64,000 nucleotides of DNA from positions 832,001-896,000 of the forward strand of contig OZ242383.1 in the NCBI GenBank assembly GCA_965209155.1, given 5' to 3'. Every line of letters starts with the position of its first letter. Within the stretch, counting starts at the first letter, position 1. Shown here piece after piece: positions 27,663 to 37,738 of this stretch. The stretch comes from a bacterium. GTDB taxonomy: Bacteria > SAR324 > NAC60-12. A program made the position numbers and the translations under genes. The notes beneath the pieces are model-generated. The model saw only the letters and a program-made list of their open reading frames with translations. It did not search any database and was not told the origin of the DNA.

Positions 27663-28616
27663 TCATGCCAGCATTCGTTGCTTGTAAGTCTCGTTGTCTT
27701 GCAATAAAGGCAGGATGGTTTGCATTCTTTTTGCAGAAATTTTCTCTTGTTTTGCAAGGAATGAAATGAAATGTTCCAACGTACTTTGCATGCTGATCAA
27801 ATCATCCACCACGGGATGGAGGTTTTTCACAAACCAATTGCCCAGAAAATCGTCCAGCATTTCTGCAGACCATTCCTCCACGGGACACCGCACATACTCT
27901 TCAAGAAAGACTTCCACGTCTTCACGCATTCTTTCTTCTACCTCGGTTTCGAATTCCTTCAGGGTTTGAAAATACGCCTCCATTAATGCGGAATCAATGG
28001 GAGGCGGGGCAGGTGGTGTTTCGTCAACTGATTCATGCGCTTCGGTTTCCGTGGTTTCTGCCTCTGTCTCTGTCTGAGAGGATTTGATCATGTCTTCGAT
28101 AGTTTCCGTATGGGATTTTTCATAGGCATCGACCGCTTTGAAAATCTGGGGCAATTCCAGAGTGTTTCCTTCAATTCGAGCTTTGGAACGTAAGAATATG
28201 GCCACGATCAGCGGATTTACAAAGTGAGGCATCTGATCATGCTCCAAGCTGAAAAGCATTCCCCTGACCATCAGGTTTTTCTGCATCTCTCCGCTTGTGC
28301 GTGCTTGCATTTTTTCCAAACGCTCTTGAAATTCTGTCAGGAATTCATCAGAGATCAGGTTTTTTAAGATTTGAGGTTCCAGGGATTCCTCTTCCAGTTG
28401 GGCACGCAGTAATGATTCTTCAAAGTTAAAATCGAGCAGTTCCGGTTCATACGCCAGAACGGGCAGTCGCTGAAGTATTTTTTGCACTTCTTTTTCAGAT
28501 TTCGGTTTTTGAGGCATGCGACTGGCGACCCGTCTGCGATCGATCGCCTTTTTGGTTTGTTTTTGCTTTTTACGCTTCAGCATTCCTGCTTTTTGTTGCT
28601 TTGTTTTCTTGGCCAT
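27663..28616 (-). CDS. Hypothetical protein (basic N-terminus, helical and acidic remainder)
   Basis: 317-aa ORF with natural composition and a CCAGGGAT RBS-like site; no family recognised. Confidence 0.75.
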   Translation of the reverse strand: MAKKTKQQKAGMLKRKKQKQTKKAIDRRRVASRMPQKPKSEKEVQKILQRLPVLAYEPELLDFNFEESLLRAQLEEESLEPQILKNLISDEFLTEFQERLEKMQARTSGEMQKNLMVRGMLFSLEHDQMPHFVNPLIVAIFLRSKARIEGNTLELPQIFKAVDAYEKSHTETIEDMIKSSQTETEAETTETEAHESVDETPPAPPPIDSALMEAYFQTLKEFETEVEERMREDVEVFLEEYVRCPVEEWSAEMLDDFLGNWFVKNLHPVVDDLISMQSTLEHFISFLAKQEKISAKRMQTILPLLQDNETYKQRMLA

Positions 28617-28752
28617 ATCCCTGGAGTCAACTGTGGTTCAAAAATTCGTGGGTCTGTTTATTTGCCGTATAATAACAGCCACTTCCTGTTTTTTTAAAGG
28701 AAAATCCGATATATTGAAAGGAATTTCCAATTTCATTTACTAATTCCATGCT

Positions 28753-30741
28753 ATGCGAGTTTTACCAATTGACAGATTGAAAACTAATTTTCAATGGTAT
28801 TGGTTCGCTTTGCTCATCTCACTCATTCTTCCGCAAACAGCCTCCGCTCAGTTCGAATCCTCCGAGGTTCATATTCCGGAAATCATCGCAACTTTTTTTC
28901 TCTCCCTGGAACCAAAAAGTCCTCGTGCAGGCGAACACGCGCGAATCCTGATAAAAGGACAGGTCGTCGAGGGGTGGCATATCTACTCCCTGGTTCCAGC
29001 GGAAGATGAATTTGCTCCGCTTCCTACTCAGGTGACGACGGAGTCGGGGCAGCAAATGGAACTGATTGGTCCTCCTTATGAATCCAATCCGGTGATGGCA
29101 TTCGATCCGGTGATTGGTATGGAACTCAGTTACCACGAAAAATCATTCTATTTTTTTCAGAATCTCGAGCTTGCTGAAACGACTTCCGGGAATCAGCTTT
29201 TTTCTTCAAATGTGAGTATTCGCTACCAGGCGTGTAGCGACAAAATCTGTCTTCCCCCCAAAACGGAAAAACTGACCCTTTCTTTCACGTCAGGAGAGGG
29301 TCCCCTGCGTACCGAATTCGAGATTCCTCGCTATGACATCAATCCCCTGCCTTCGGCCCTCGAAGCAGGAGACGAACTGGACAATGCATTAGCCGGTGGC
29401 GTGTCCGGCTTTGTCCTGCTGGCCATATTATCGGGATTTCTGGCCCTGCTCACCCCATGCGTTTTTCCCATGATTCCAGTCACTATGGCCTTTTTCAGTA
29501 AGCAGGAAAACGCATCCTACACCAAGGTTTTGAAACTTGCTTCTCTATTTGGATTGGGAATTATTGGCACGTACACCATCACCGGTATGAGCTTCTCCGT
29601 CATACTGGGAGCCACGGGAGCGATTCAATTGGCTACCAATGGCTATGTTAATTTTGCCATCGGTCTCCTTTTTTTGGTGTTCGCTTTCAGTTTAATGGGA
29701 TTTTTCACTCTTTCCTTGCCTGCGGACCTTTCAAACCGCATGGATCAACTTTCCCGTAAAACCGGAGGCTCGTTTGGCATTGTTTTGATGGGTTTGGTCT
29801 TCACCCTCACTTCATTCACTTGCACCGTCCAATTCGTGGGAACCATGTTGATCGCCGCATCCCGCGGACACTGGCTCTGGCCGGTGTTGGGTATGTTGAT
29901 TTTTTCCACGGTTTTTGCCCTGCCCTTTTTTTTACTCGGATTGCTTCCACGCTTGGTCCAGTCGATGAAAACTCGCTCTGGCGCTTGGCTCACTCATATG
30001 AAAGTCGTCTTGGGGTTGATCGAAATAGCAGCCGCGTTCAAGTTTTTCAGTAACGCCGATTTAGTCTGGCAATGGGGAATCATCGATCGTGACTTCGTCT
30101 TGTATGCCTGGATCATCCTGGCATTTTTAGTCGGTCTCTTTTTACTGGGATCCGTCAGTATTCACGAAACGCGGGTTCAGAAAACAGGGGTTATCGGTTT
30201 CAGTACGGCCTTTGTCTTTTTGTTTTTGGGGAGTTACCTGATCCAGGGATTGCAAGGAAACCCACTCAATGCAATCGTAGACGCCTATCTTCCCCCTCCC
30301 TTGTCGACCTCCGCGACCATCGACAATGTCCTCTCGGATTCCCCCGTATACAATGTGGATCAAGTTCATACATTGCCCTGGATGCATGATTTGAACGCCG
30401 CGTTAAAACTAGCCAGGCTGGAGGACAAAAAAGTCTTTGTCGATTTTACCGGATACACTTGTGTCAATTGCAGGTGGATGGAAAAGTATATTTTTGCCGA
30501 CCCCAAAGTTTTAAAATCCTTCAAAGAAAACTTCATCCTGGTCCAGCTTTTCACTGATGGAGGGGATAACTATCAAAGCAACCAGAGCTTGCAAGTCGAA
30601 CGCTTTCACACTGTAGCCCTTCCTTTTTATGTGGTCCTGGACGCCAGAAACCAAGTCCTGGCCAGACATGCCGGCATCATGGCTTCTTCCGAAGAATTCC
30701 TCTCTTTTCTCGAGCAAAATCGTTATCCCGGAGAAACATAG
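28753..30741 (+). CDS. dsbD: Thiol:disulfide interchange protein DsbD
   Basis: N-domain GWHIYS...YQACSDKICLPP, transmembrane LLTPCVFPMIP and SFTC, thioredoxin DFTGYTCVNC. Confidence 0.93.
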   Translation: MRVLPIDRLKTNFQWYWFALLISLILPQTASAQFESSEVHIPEIIATFFLSLEPKSPRAGEHARILIKGQVVEGWHIYSLVPAEDEFAPLPTQVTTESGQQMELIGPPYESNPVMAFDPVIGMELSYHEKSFYFFQNLELAETTSGNQLFSSNVSIRYQACSDKICLPPKTEKLTLSFTSGEGPLRTEFEIPRYDINPLPSALEAGDELDNALAGGVSGFVLLAILSGFLALLTPCVFPMIPVTMAFFSKQENASYTKVLKLASLFGLGIIGTYTITGMSFSVILGATGAIQLATNGYVNFAIGLLFLVFAFSLMGFFTLSLPADLSNRMDQLSRKTGGSFGIVLMGLVFTLTSFTCTVQFVGTMLIAASRGHWLWPVLGMLIFSTVFALPFFLLGLLPRLVQSMKTRSGAWLTHMKVVLGLIEIAAAFKFFSNADLVWQWGIIDRDFVLYAWIILAFLVGLFLLGSVSIHETRVQKTGVIGFSTAFVFLFLGSYLIQGLQGNPLNAIVDAYLPPPLSTSATIDNVLSDSPVYNVDQVHTLPWMHDLNAALKLARLEDKKVFVDFTGYTCVNCRWMEKYIFADPKVLKSFKENFILVQLFTDGGDNYQSNQSLQVERFHTVALPFYVVLDARNQVLARHAGIMASSEEFLSFLEQNRYPGET

Positions 30742-31125
30742 TTTAAACCAAGAACGAAAATCGATTCCAGCAAAGAAAATTATGTGATTCTTCGCATTCT
30801 CCTAAAAACTGGTCAACGCTCGATTTTGATATTGCCTGGCAATGGCCCTATGACCGAAGTCGTCCATGTCAACCATCGAGAAGTTTTTTTGCAATCTGCC
30901 GCGCCTGGCCCCGGTTTCGACGATGTGATGTTCGGGTACATGCCGTAAGATTTCAAGCGTATGCAGGGTCTTCGCTTGAAGTGAGCAGACAGTCTATCGA
31001 GCCGAGCAATGATGGCTGTAGATTCCGTAACGGTATGTGTCCACGGTACAGTTTTCCCGGAGCCGAACGATCCGAGACTGCACTGTCGAGATTCATCTGT
31101 TCACCAAGCGCAAAGAAAGAGAGCT

Positions 31126-31497
31126 TCAGCGCGTATCTTTGTGGTAGTGGGGTTGATAAAGCTGTACTCGTACTCCACCAGGCATTTCAAAGTGGGTGAC
31201 GAGACCGAATCCTGCATCGACTACCTCTCCATGGAAATTGACACCACGACTTTTCAACTCCTGGATTGTTTTTAGTAAGTCGTCGCAGTAGAACGAAATA
31301 TCATGGGTTCCAGGAGGGCTACCATGTACGCCGCTCGAATCTGAAGGGTGTACCCCCATATCCGCTTCTGGTAAATTGAAGATGAGCCAGCCGTCGCCAA
31401 CGTCAGTATAAGATGTAAAACCCAGCTTGTCGCGCAGAAACTCACGCAAAAGCTCCGGTTCCGAAGAAAAAAACATCGTGTGCGCACCTTTGATCAT
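31126..31497 (-). CDS. VOC/glyoxalase-family protein
   Basis: MIKGAH...FLRDKLGF..DVGDGWLIF...ISFYCDDL...LYQP. Confidence 0.88.
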   Translation of the reverse strand: MIKGAHTMFFSSEPELLREFLRDKLGFTSYTDVGDGWLIFNLPEADMGVHPSDSSGVHGSPPGTHDISFYCDDLLKTIQELKSRGVNFHGEVVDAGFGLVTHFEMPGGVRVQLYQPHYHKDTR

Positions 31498-31858
31498 AGG
31501 TTTTTCCAAATTGGTGATTAAAAAATTTGTTTAAAAATAGTAGCCAGTACTGGTGCATCTCACTGGTTTGTTAACCTTTTCACACGGGAATTTTGACCAG
31601 TATATTGCGAAACATATTTGAGAAATTCATTGTTTTTTTCTAACAGTCAAATTTTTTATCACCGAGTAGATAATTCTTGCATCAATTTTTTCCTCTTTCA
31701 CTACGATTTGTTTCCAGGTTTTAATTCTGTTCTCAACAAAGTAGAACACGAAGTAATGATCTTTTTATGGAAACCTTATATGGATTAATTTTGATCACTT
31801 TGACAGATCTCCTGATTATTAAAGTTTTGATTGTGCCATTATTGGTGAAAAGATAATA

Positions 31859-33151
31859 ATGTATTTCCAAGAAACAATACGCGTATCGATGATTGTTACG
31901 ACCGGGTTCATCTGCGCGCTGAATACATATGCCATCGAACATAATAAAATAGTGAAATCCCGGAAAAATAATATAGTTCAAAATGTTCAATTGGGCCCGC
32001 GTCCATACTTTTTGATTGAAGACATGGACGAAAGCACATTGAAGCGCGAATTGCAACAATGCGTGGACGGCCCATTTTATAAAACGGATTTTTCCATCGG
32101 ACACCGGGGAGCTCCGTTGCAATTTCCGGAACACACCAAGGAATCCTATGAGGCAGCCGCTCGAATGGGAGCGGGAATTATCGAGTGTGACGTGACGTTT
32201 ACGAAGGACCGCCATTTGGTTTGTCGTCATTCTCAATGCGATCTCCATACTACCTCCAATATACTGGCCAAACCGGAATTGGCTGAAAAATGTTCGCAAG
32301 GCTTTGCGCCTGCGGAGTTTGATCCAGAAACTGGAGAACTTCTCAAGAAAGCAAACGCAAAATGCTGTACAAGTGACATCACCCTGGCCGAATTCAAGTC
32401 TTTGAAAGGCAAGATGGATGCGGCAAATCCTGAGGCCCGGAATTTGGATGAATACATGGACGGTACCGCAAATTGGCGTACGGATTTATATGCCTTTAAC
32501 GGGACTTTGCTGACACATGCGGAAAGTATCGAGTTGTTTGAAAAATTGGATGTGAAAATGTCTCCTGAACTCAAAGCGCCCAGTGTCACGATGCCGTATG
32601 AAGGTGACTACACTCAAGAAAAATATGCGCAGCAACTCATTGATGAATATAATAATGCAGGAGTATCGCCAGGAAACGTATTTGCGCAGTCCTTCCAGTT
32701 GAATGACGTGCTGTACTGGATTGAGAAAGAGCCTCAATTCGGGAAGCAGGCAGTCTTTCTGGATGGTCGTTATAGTATGGAAGATTTTGATCACAAGAAT
32801 CCTTCCACCTGGTCTCCCAACATGGAAGAATTATTTACCAAGGGAGTACGCATCATCGCTCCCCCCATGTGGATGTTGCTCAGAGTCGACGAGCGAGGTC
32901 ATATTGTTCCCTCCGAATATGCAAAAAATGCAAAAGCAGCCGGTTTGGAAATCATTACGTGGACAATTGAGCGATCTGGTTTGTTGCATTCAGGAGGTGG
33001 TTGGTATTATCAATCCATTAAAGAAGTCATCGACAACGATGGTGATATGTTAAAAGTTCTGCATGTTTTAGCAAAAGATGTTGGCATCATGGGTATTTTC
33101 TCTGACTGGCCGGCAACCGTAACATATTATGCAAGTTGTAAAAATTTGTAA
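31859..33151 (+). CDS. Glycerophosphodiester phosphodiesterase (probably exported)
   Basis: [35 protein letters not shown] and GIFSDWP. Confidence 0.93.
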   Translation: MYFQETIRVSMIVTTGFICALNTYAIEHNKIVKSRKNNIVQNVQLGPRPYFLIEDMDESTLKRELQQCVDGPFYKTDFSIGHRGAPLQFPEHTKESYEAAARMGAGIIECDVTFTKDRHLVCRHSQCDLHTTSNILAKPELAEKCSQGFAPAEFDPETGELLKKANAKCCTSDITLAEFKSLKGKMDAANPEARNLDEYMDGTANWRTDLYAFNGTLLTHAESIELFEKLDVKMSPELKAPSVTMPYEGDYTQEKYAQQLIDEYNNAGVSPGNVFAQSFQLNDVLYWIEKEPQFGKQAVFLDGRYSMEDFDHKNPSTWSPNMEELFTKGVRIIAPPMWMLLRVDERGHIVPSEYAKNAKAAGLEIITWTIERSGLLHSGGGWYYQSIKEVIDNDGDMLKVLHVLAKDVGIMGIFSDWPATVTYYASCKNL

Positions 33152-33308
33152 TCCCCCTTGATCTCCCAAAAGCGCCTGCTTCAGAGCAATAACCAATACA
33201 GGCGAAAAAATTTAACTTGTTTTAATATTGCCTCCATTCGGCACTCGAGGAGACTTGCTCATCGATGTTGCGAGAATACTCTCCATTTCTGAGTTTCTAT
33301 CAATTAAT

Positions 33309-33336
33309 TTGACTCTTCTAATTCTTCTGATAGAAT
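33309..33336 (+). promoter_or_regulatory. Putative sigma70 promoter of rpsA
   Basis: TTGACT (33309-33314), 16-nt spacer, TAGAAT (33331-33336). Confidence 0.55.
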
Positions 33337-33448
33337 ATTTCCTTTTTTATGTTCTACTTTGCAGAACAAAGACCATCCGGGAAGGCAAATCCTGAATCAG
33401 TTCCTGGCAACGTAACCTGAAACCTGCGCAATTGCGTAATCCAAAATT

Positions 33449-35662
33449 ATGAATACGGACGAAACGACAATAGAACTAAACGAAGATGTGGAATCCTCTG
33501 AGGAGGAAGGATCCATTACGTTTATTGACGAAGAAATAGATTTTGACTCGCTATTCGACGAAACATTCGGCAACGTCAGAGAGAATGGGATTGTAGAAGG
33601 GACGGTCACGAAGATTTCCAAAGACTATGTGATCGTGGACATCGGCTATAAATCAGAAGGGCAGATTCCGATTGAAGAATTTGTCAACGCTGAGCGCCAG
33701 AGTGAGGTCGAGATTGGAGATCACATTGAAGTTTATGTGGAGGCGCTGGAAGAAGAAGATGGCGTCACCTTGCTTTCCAAAGAAAAAGCGAGAAAACTGC
33801 GAATTTGGGAAAAAGTGGGTCGGATTTTTGAAGAAAATGGCACCATTGAAGGTGTGATTGCCGCTCGGATCAAAGGGGGATTGTCAGTGGATATCGGGAT
33901 CAAAGCGTTTTTGCCCGGCTCTCAGGTCGATTTACGTCCTGTCCGCAATCTGGACAAGCTGATTGGCGATACTTTTGAATTCTCGATTCTGAAATTCAAC
34001 CAAAAACGAGGCAATATCGTTTTATCCCGAAGGGCATTGCTGGAAGTGGACCGGGAGCGGCGTCGTAAAGAAACACTGGAAGTGCTTCAAGAGAATACGG
34101 TGATGAAAGGATTCGTAAAAAACATCACCGACTATGGAATCTTCGTGGATCTCGGTGGAGTAGATGGTTTGTTGCATATTACGGACATGACTTGGGGACG
34201 AATCGCGCATCCCTCCGAAATGTTCGATATTGGTGATGAAGTGGAAGTGTTGGTGTTGAAATACGACAAGGAAGATCAAAAAGTGTCATTGGGATTGAAA
34301 CAAAAAACCCCCAATCCCTGGGAAACCGTTACGGAAAAATATCCAGTAGGAAAACGAATTATCGGAAAAATCGTCAGTCTGACCGATTACGGCGCATTTA
34401 TAGAATTGGAACCCGGAATTGAAGGCTTGATTCATATCTCCGAAATGTCCTGGACCAAAAAAGTCCGTATTCCATCCCGCATAGTCAACCTCGGAGAGGA
34501 AGTGGAAACCGTCGTAAAAGATTTGGATGTGGAGCACAGACGCATTTCCCTTTCCATGAAAGAAACCTTGCCCAATCCTTGGAAACAGGCAACGGAGACC
34601 TATCCGATTGGCAGTGTGGTGACGGGAACCGTTCGCAATGTGACGGAGTTTGGAATATTTGTGGGTCTGGATGAAGGAATCGACGGGTTGGTTCACGTTT
34701 CCGATATCTCCTGGAGTCAACGTCAAAAACGTCCAGCGGATTTTGTGCGGAGAGGGGACGAAATCGAAGTCAAGATTCTCAATATCGATGTGGAACAGGA
34801 ACGCTTGTCACTAGGAATCAAGCAACTTTCGGTAGATCCCTGGAAGGATTTGGATGAGAAATATCAAATTGGCAGTGACGTCAGCGGAAAAATTGTCAAC
34901 ATCACTGATTTTGGGATTTTTGTAGAGGTGATGGAGGGAGTGGAGGGGCTGGTTCATATCTCGGAAATTGCCCCGGCTGTTCCCAAAGCCAAACTGACGG
35001 AGTTCTATCCTCTCGAAACGGAAGTGAATACCCGTGTGATTAAGATAGATCCTGAAGAAAGACGGCTCGGCTTGAGTATCCTGGAAAGAAACAGGATAGT
35101 TCCGCCTGCGGAAGATGAGCCATCGAAGGCACCGGATGAAGAGGGTGCTTCAGAAACACCGGCAGATGTTCCACCCGGAGAATCCGAAGCACCTGTAGAG
35201 GAGAGCGTAGAAGCGATCCCCGAGGGGGAAACAGCCTCAGAGGAAACTGGAGAAACCATTCCCGAATTAGTAGAATTGTCGGAGACCACTTCCGAACAGA
35301 CCGGGGCGCCAACCGAAGAAACGGGAGAAGCCTCTCTCGAGGTGGAGGAAACTACGCAGGCCCCCTCTGAAGTTTCCAAAGCACCCGCAGAGGTGTCACA
35401 GGGAGCTGACATTGATGAGCCCGAAGCGCCTGAAGAGGAATCAGCGGCAGTCCACGTCGCGGGAACCGGTGCGCCGGTGGATCATACGGAAGAAAGTGGC
35501 GCCGAATCGCCTGAAGCGCCTGTGATGGAAGCAACGGGAACCCCTGCAGGTCAAATCGAAACTGCAACTCCAGAAGAATCGGACAGTACCCAATCCCTTG
35601 AAAGTCCCGGTGATCTCGAGAGCGACTCCGGAACCAACGAGGAAGATCGTTTGAAGAAATAA
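33449..35662 (+). CDS. rpsA: 30S ribosomal protein S1 with long acidic C-terminal tail
   Basis: Six S1 repeats (VDIGYKSEG, AFLPGSQVD, GLLHITDM, GLIHISEM, GLVHVSDI, GLVHISEI) followed by a ~190-aa E/A/P/T-rich tail. Confidence 0.96.
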   Translation: MNTDETTIELNEDVESSEEEGSITFIDEEIDFDSLFDETFGNVRENGIVEGTVTKISKDYVIVDIGYKSEGQIPIEEFVNAERQSEVEIGDHIEVYVEALEEEDGVTLLSKEKARKLRIWEKVGRIFEENGTIEGVIAARIKGGLSVDIGIKAFLPGSQVDLRPVRNLDKLIGDTFEFSILKFNQKRGNIVLSRRALLEVDRERRRKETLEVLQENTVMKGFVKNITDYGIFVDLGGVDGLLHITDMTWGRIAHPSEMFDIGDEVEVLVLKYDKEDQKVSLGLKQKTPNPWETVTEKYPVGKRIIGKIVSLTDYGAFIELEPGIEGLIHISEMSWTKKVRIPSRIVNLGEEVETVVKDLDVEHRRISLSMKETLPNPWKQATETYPIGSVVTGTVRNVTEFGIFVGLDEGIDGLVHVSDISWSQRQKRPADFVRRGDEIEVKILNIDVEQERLSLGIKQLSVDPWKDLDEKYQIGSDVSGKIVNITDFGIFVEVMEGVEGLVHISEIAPAVPKAKLTEFYPLETEVNTRVIKIDPEERRLGLSILERNRIVPPAEDEPSKAPDEEGASETPADVPPGESEAPVEESVEAIPEGETASEETGETIPELVELSETTSEQTGAPTEETGEASLEVEETTQAPSEVSKAPAEVSQGADIDEPEAPEEESAAVHVAGTGAPVDHTEESGAESPEAPVMEATGTPAGQIETATPEESDSTQSLESPGDLESDSGTNEEDRLKK

Positions 35663-35666
35663 GATT

Positions 35667-36470
35667 CTATACTTCCGCGATCAGGTCATTTGTCAGGGCT
35701 CCAATTCCATCTATCTCGATAGTGACGCGATCACCCGGTTTCATGTAAAGCGGGGGGTTACGAGCAGCCCCGACACCATGAGGCGTGCCCGTCAATATAA
35801 CTGTCCCTGCCAACAGACGGGTACTGCCACTGAGGAATTCGATCAAAGTTGGCACGTCAAAAATCATATCATCCGTATTCCAATCCTGCATGAGTTGATT
35901 GTTGAGGATGGTGCGTATGCCCAGGGCATTCGGATTCGGAATCTCATCTTTAGTGACGATCCATGGCCCTAAAGGGCAAAAAGTCGCAAATGTTTTGCCA
36001 CGACACCATTGACCACCCCCATAGCGTGATTGCCAGTCACGAGCGCTGACGTCGTTCGCGCAAGTGTATCCCAGGATATAATCCAAAGCTTCTGACTTGG
36101 CAACGTTGTAGCAGGGCCTTGCCAGTACCACGGCCAATTCGCATTCATAATCCACTTCTTCACTCAAAAGGCGGCGTGGCAGGATGATCGGGTCGTCAGG
36201 GTTTTGCAGGGATCCGGTGTTTTTCATGAATAAAATGGGATTTTGCGGGATCGGCGCATTGCCCTCTGCAGCGTGCTTACGATAATTGAGACCGATGCAA
36301 AGGATGTCCGGCGGTTCAATGGGGGCGAGTAATTTGCGTACGTCGGCGCTTTCACCCGTATCATAGAATGACTCCAGAATATCTCCGTCGATTCGTGTCA
36401 CCCGGCTTTCATCGTGGCGCCTGCCGTAGTGGACCGCCCCGGAAGAATCTAGATATCGAATAAGTTTCAT
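35667..36470 (-). CDS. Fumarylacetoacetate hydrolase-family protein
   Basis: CIGLNY..H, DYECEL, ANDVSARD, GKTF and ILTGTP. Confidence 0.93.
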   Translation of the reverse strand: MKLIRYLDSSGAVHYGRRHDESRVTRIDGDILESFYDTGESADVRKLLAPIEPPDILCIGLNYRKHAAEGNAPIPQNPILFMKNTGSLQNPDDPIILPRRLLSEEVDYECELAVVLARPCYNVAKSEALDYILGYTCANDVSARDWQSRYGGGQWCRGKTFATFCPLGPWIVTKDEIPNPNALGIRTILNNQLMQDWNTDDMIFDVPTLIEFLSGSTRLLAGTVILTGTPHGVGAARNPPLYMKPGDRVTIEIDGIGALTNDLIAEV

Positions 36471-36646
36471 AAAATTTTATCTCCTCATCTAATTGGTTGA
36501 CAAACAGTGTCTCGATTTCACTTTCTTATAAATTGATAACCGCGACAACTCAAGTTTTCGACTATATCCCACCTATTTGAGGGGTAGCGGATTTTTTCTC
36601 TTTCACTGCTCATCTATTATCAGAAAATTCATTTTTTAAAAAATTC

Positions 36647-36674
36647 TTGTTTTTTTAAAAAAAATTCGTATTAT
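36647..36674 (+). promoter_or_regulatory. Putative sigma70 promoter with AT-rich UP element
   Basis: TTGTTT (36647-36652), 16-nt spacer, TATTAT (36669-36674). Predicted +1 at about 36681, where the first hairpin begins. Confidence 0.45.
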
Positions 36675-36680
36675 GAGATC

Positions 36681-36974
36681 CTGCTCTAATCCAAACAGAG
36701 CAAAAGGCCAGGACGGGAACCGAACCCGTATATCAGTTCTTACTGGTATCTGATCCTGCCTTTGGATACCCTGGCCACGTAGAAGTGTTTTGGTGCTGTC
36801 GCTATCACGGCCTCTAGAGTCAAGCTAGAGTAGGCAAACGGATTTGGGACTCCGTCTCGTCTACCAAATATTCCACTTCTACAGCAGTTTGTCTCAGAGT
36901 GTTTCTCATTTCACTAAAGAGACAACAAGTACAGGGCGGAGTAGTGGATAAAATTTTATCCCTCTCCGCCTTTC
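36681..36974. ncRNA. Candidate highly structured ncRNA (5' hairpin, two four-way junctions, hairpin, terminal hairpin); strand unresolved
   Basis: Stems read directly from the sequence: TGCTCT/AGAGCA, GGCCAGG/CCTGGCC, ACGGG/CCCGT, ATATCAG/CTGGTAT, ATCC/GGAT, GTAGAAGTG/CACTTCTAC, TTTGG/CCAAA, GCTGT/ACGGC, CTCTAG/CTAGAG, ACGGA/TCCGT, TTGTCTC/GAGACAA and GGCGGAG/CTCCGCC. Confidence 0.6.
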
Positions 36975-36989
36975 GCGTTCTCATTTCTA

Positions 36990-37514
36990 TCAGGGAATGG
37001 TACCGATTCGCACAGGCAGGGGCTCTGTCGATCGAGCCTTCCACAGCTCGAACAATTCGCTCATGCTTTCTTGATTACGGGGATCAATCCAGTGAGGAGC
37101 CAGTTCGGCCAGAGGCATGAGGACAAAACCACGATTCGTCATCTCGGCGTGAGGGATGGTCAGACTATCCGTCTGCAGAATGAGATCTTCATAATACAAT
37201 ATGTCGATATCGATGAAACGAGGTTGCCATCGTTTCTGCGCCGACCACACAGTACGGATTCGTCCCAGTTTTGCTTCGATACGGTGACATCTTGCCAACA
37301 AATCTTCCGGATCAAAACTTGTGCGTCCTTTCACTACTTGATTGTAATACAAAGGCTGTTTGGCACCCTCGTAAGGAACACTTTCATAAACAGACGAGGT
37401 CTTAAAATCCGGCATTGGCAAGGCTTGCAGGGCCTCTCGGGCACTTTTGAGCATAGCGGCTCTATTTCCCAAGTTGGAACCCAAACCCAGATAAACTTCG
37501 GCATGCTGATTCAT
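36990..37514 (-). CDS. folK: 2-amino-4-hydroxy-6-hydroxymethyldihydropteridine diphosphokinase
   Basis: YLGLGSNLG, SSVYES, PRFIDIDIL, LTIPH and RGFVLMPLAEL. Confidence 0.96.
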   Translation of the reverse strand: MNQHAEVYLGLGSNLGNRAAMLKSAREALQALPMPDFKTSSVYESVPYEGAKQPLYYNQVVKGRTSFDPEDLLARCHRIEAKLGRIRTVWSAQKRWQPRFIDIDILYYEDLILQTDSLTIPHAEMTNRGFVLMPLAELAPHWIDPRNQESMSELFELWKARSTEPLPVRIGTIP

Positions 37515-37738
37515 ATACCTTTATGAGAGGCGAAATTCTTAAATGCAAAAACTGTGAGTTCCACCCTGGTTTTCAATTCTTTTTCGGTGTCATTGAGTAG
37601 AGTAGCAAAAATCGGAGAAACATGGGTATCGCAGTGATCATACCACATTTTTCCTGAATGGGTTCGAGCATAACCGCGCGAGTTCGCGGAGAAATAATTT
37701 TCTCCGATTATTCAAAGTCATTGAATTTCTAACCTCAA

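Noticed and set aside
30780..31120. Possible gene fragment between dsbD and the VOC gene
   Set aside because: No frame gave an identifiable protein.
36705..36776. Canonical tRNA gene
   Set aside because: No 5-bp/7-nt anticodon arm, G at positions 8 and 58, and no CCA; kept only as a tRNA-like module.
36820..37120. Short ORFs overlapping the structured region and folK
   Set aside because: No RBS or motifs, and they overlap folK.
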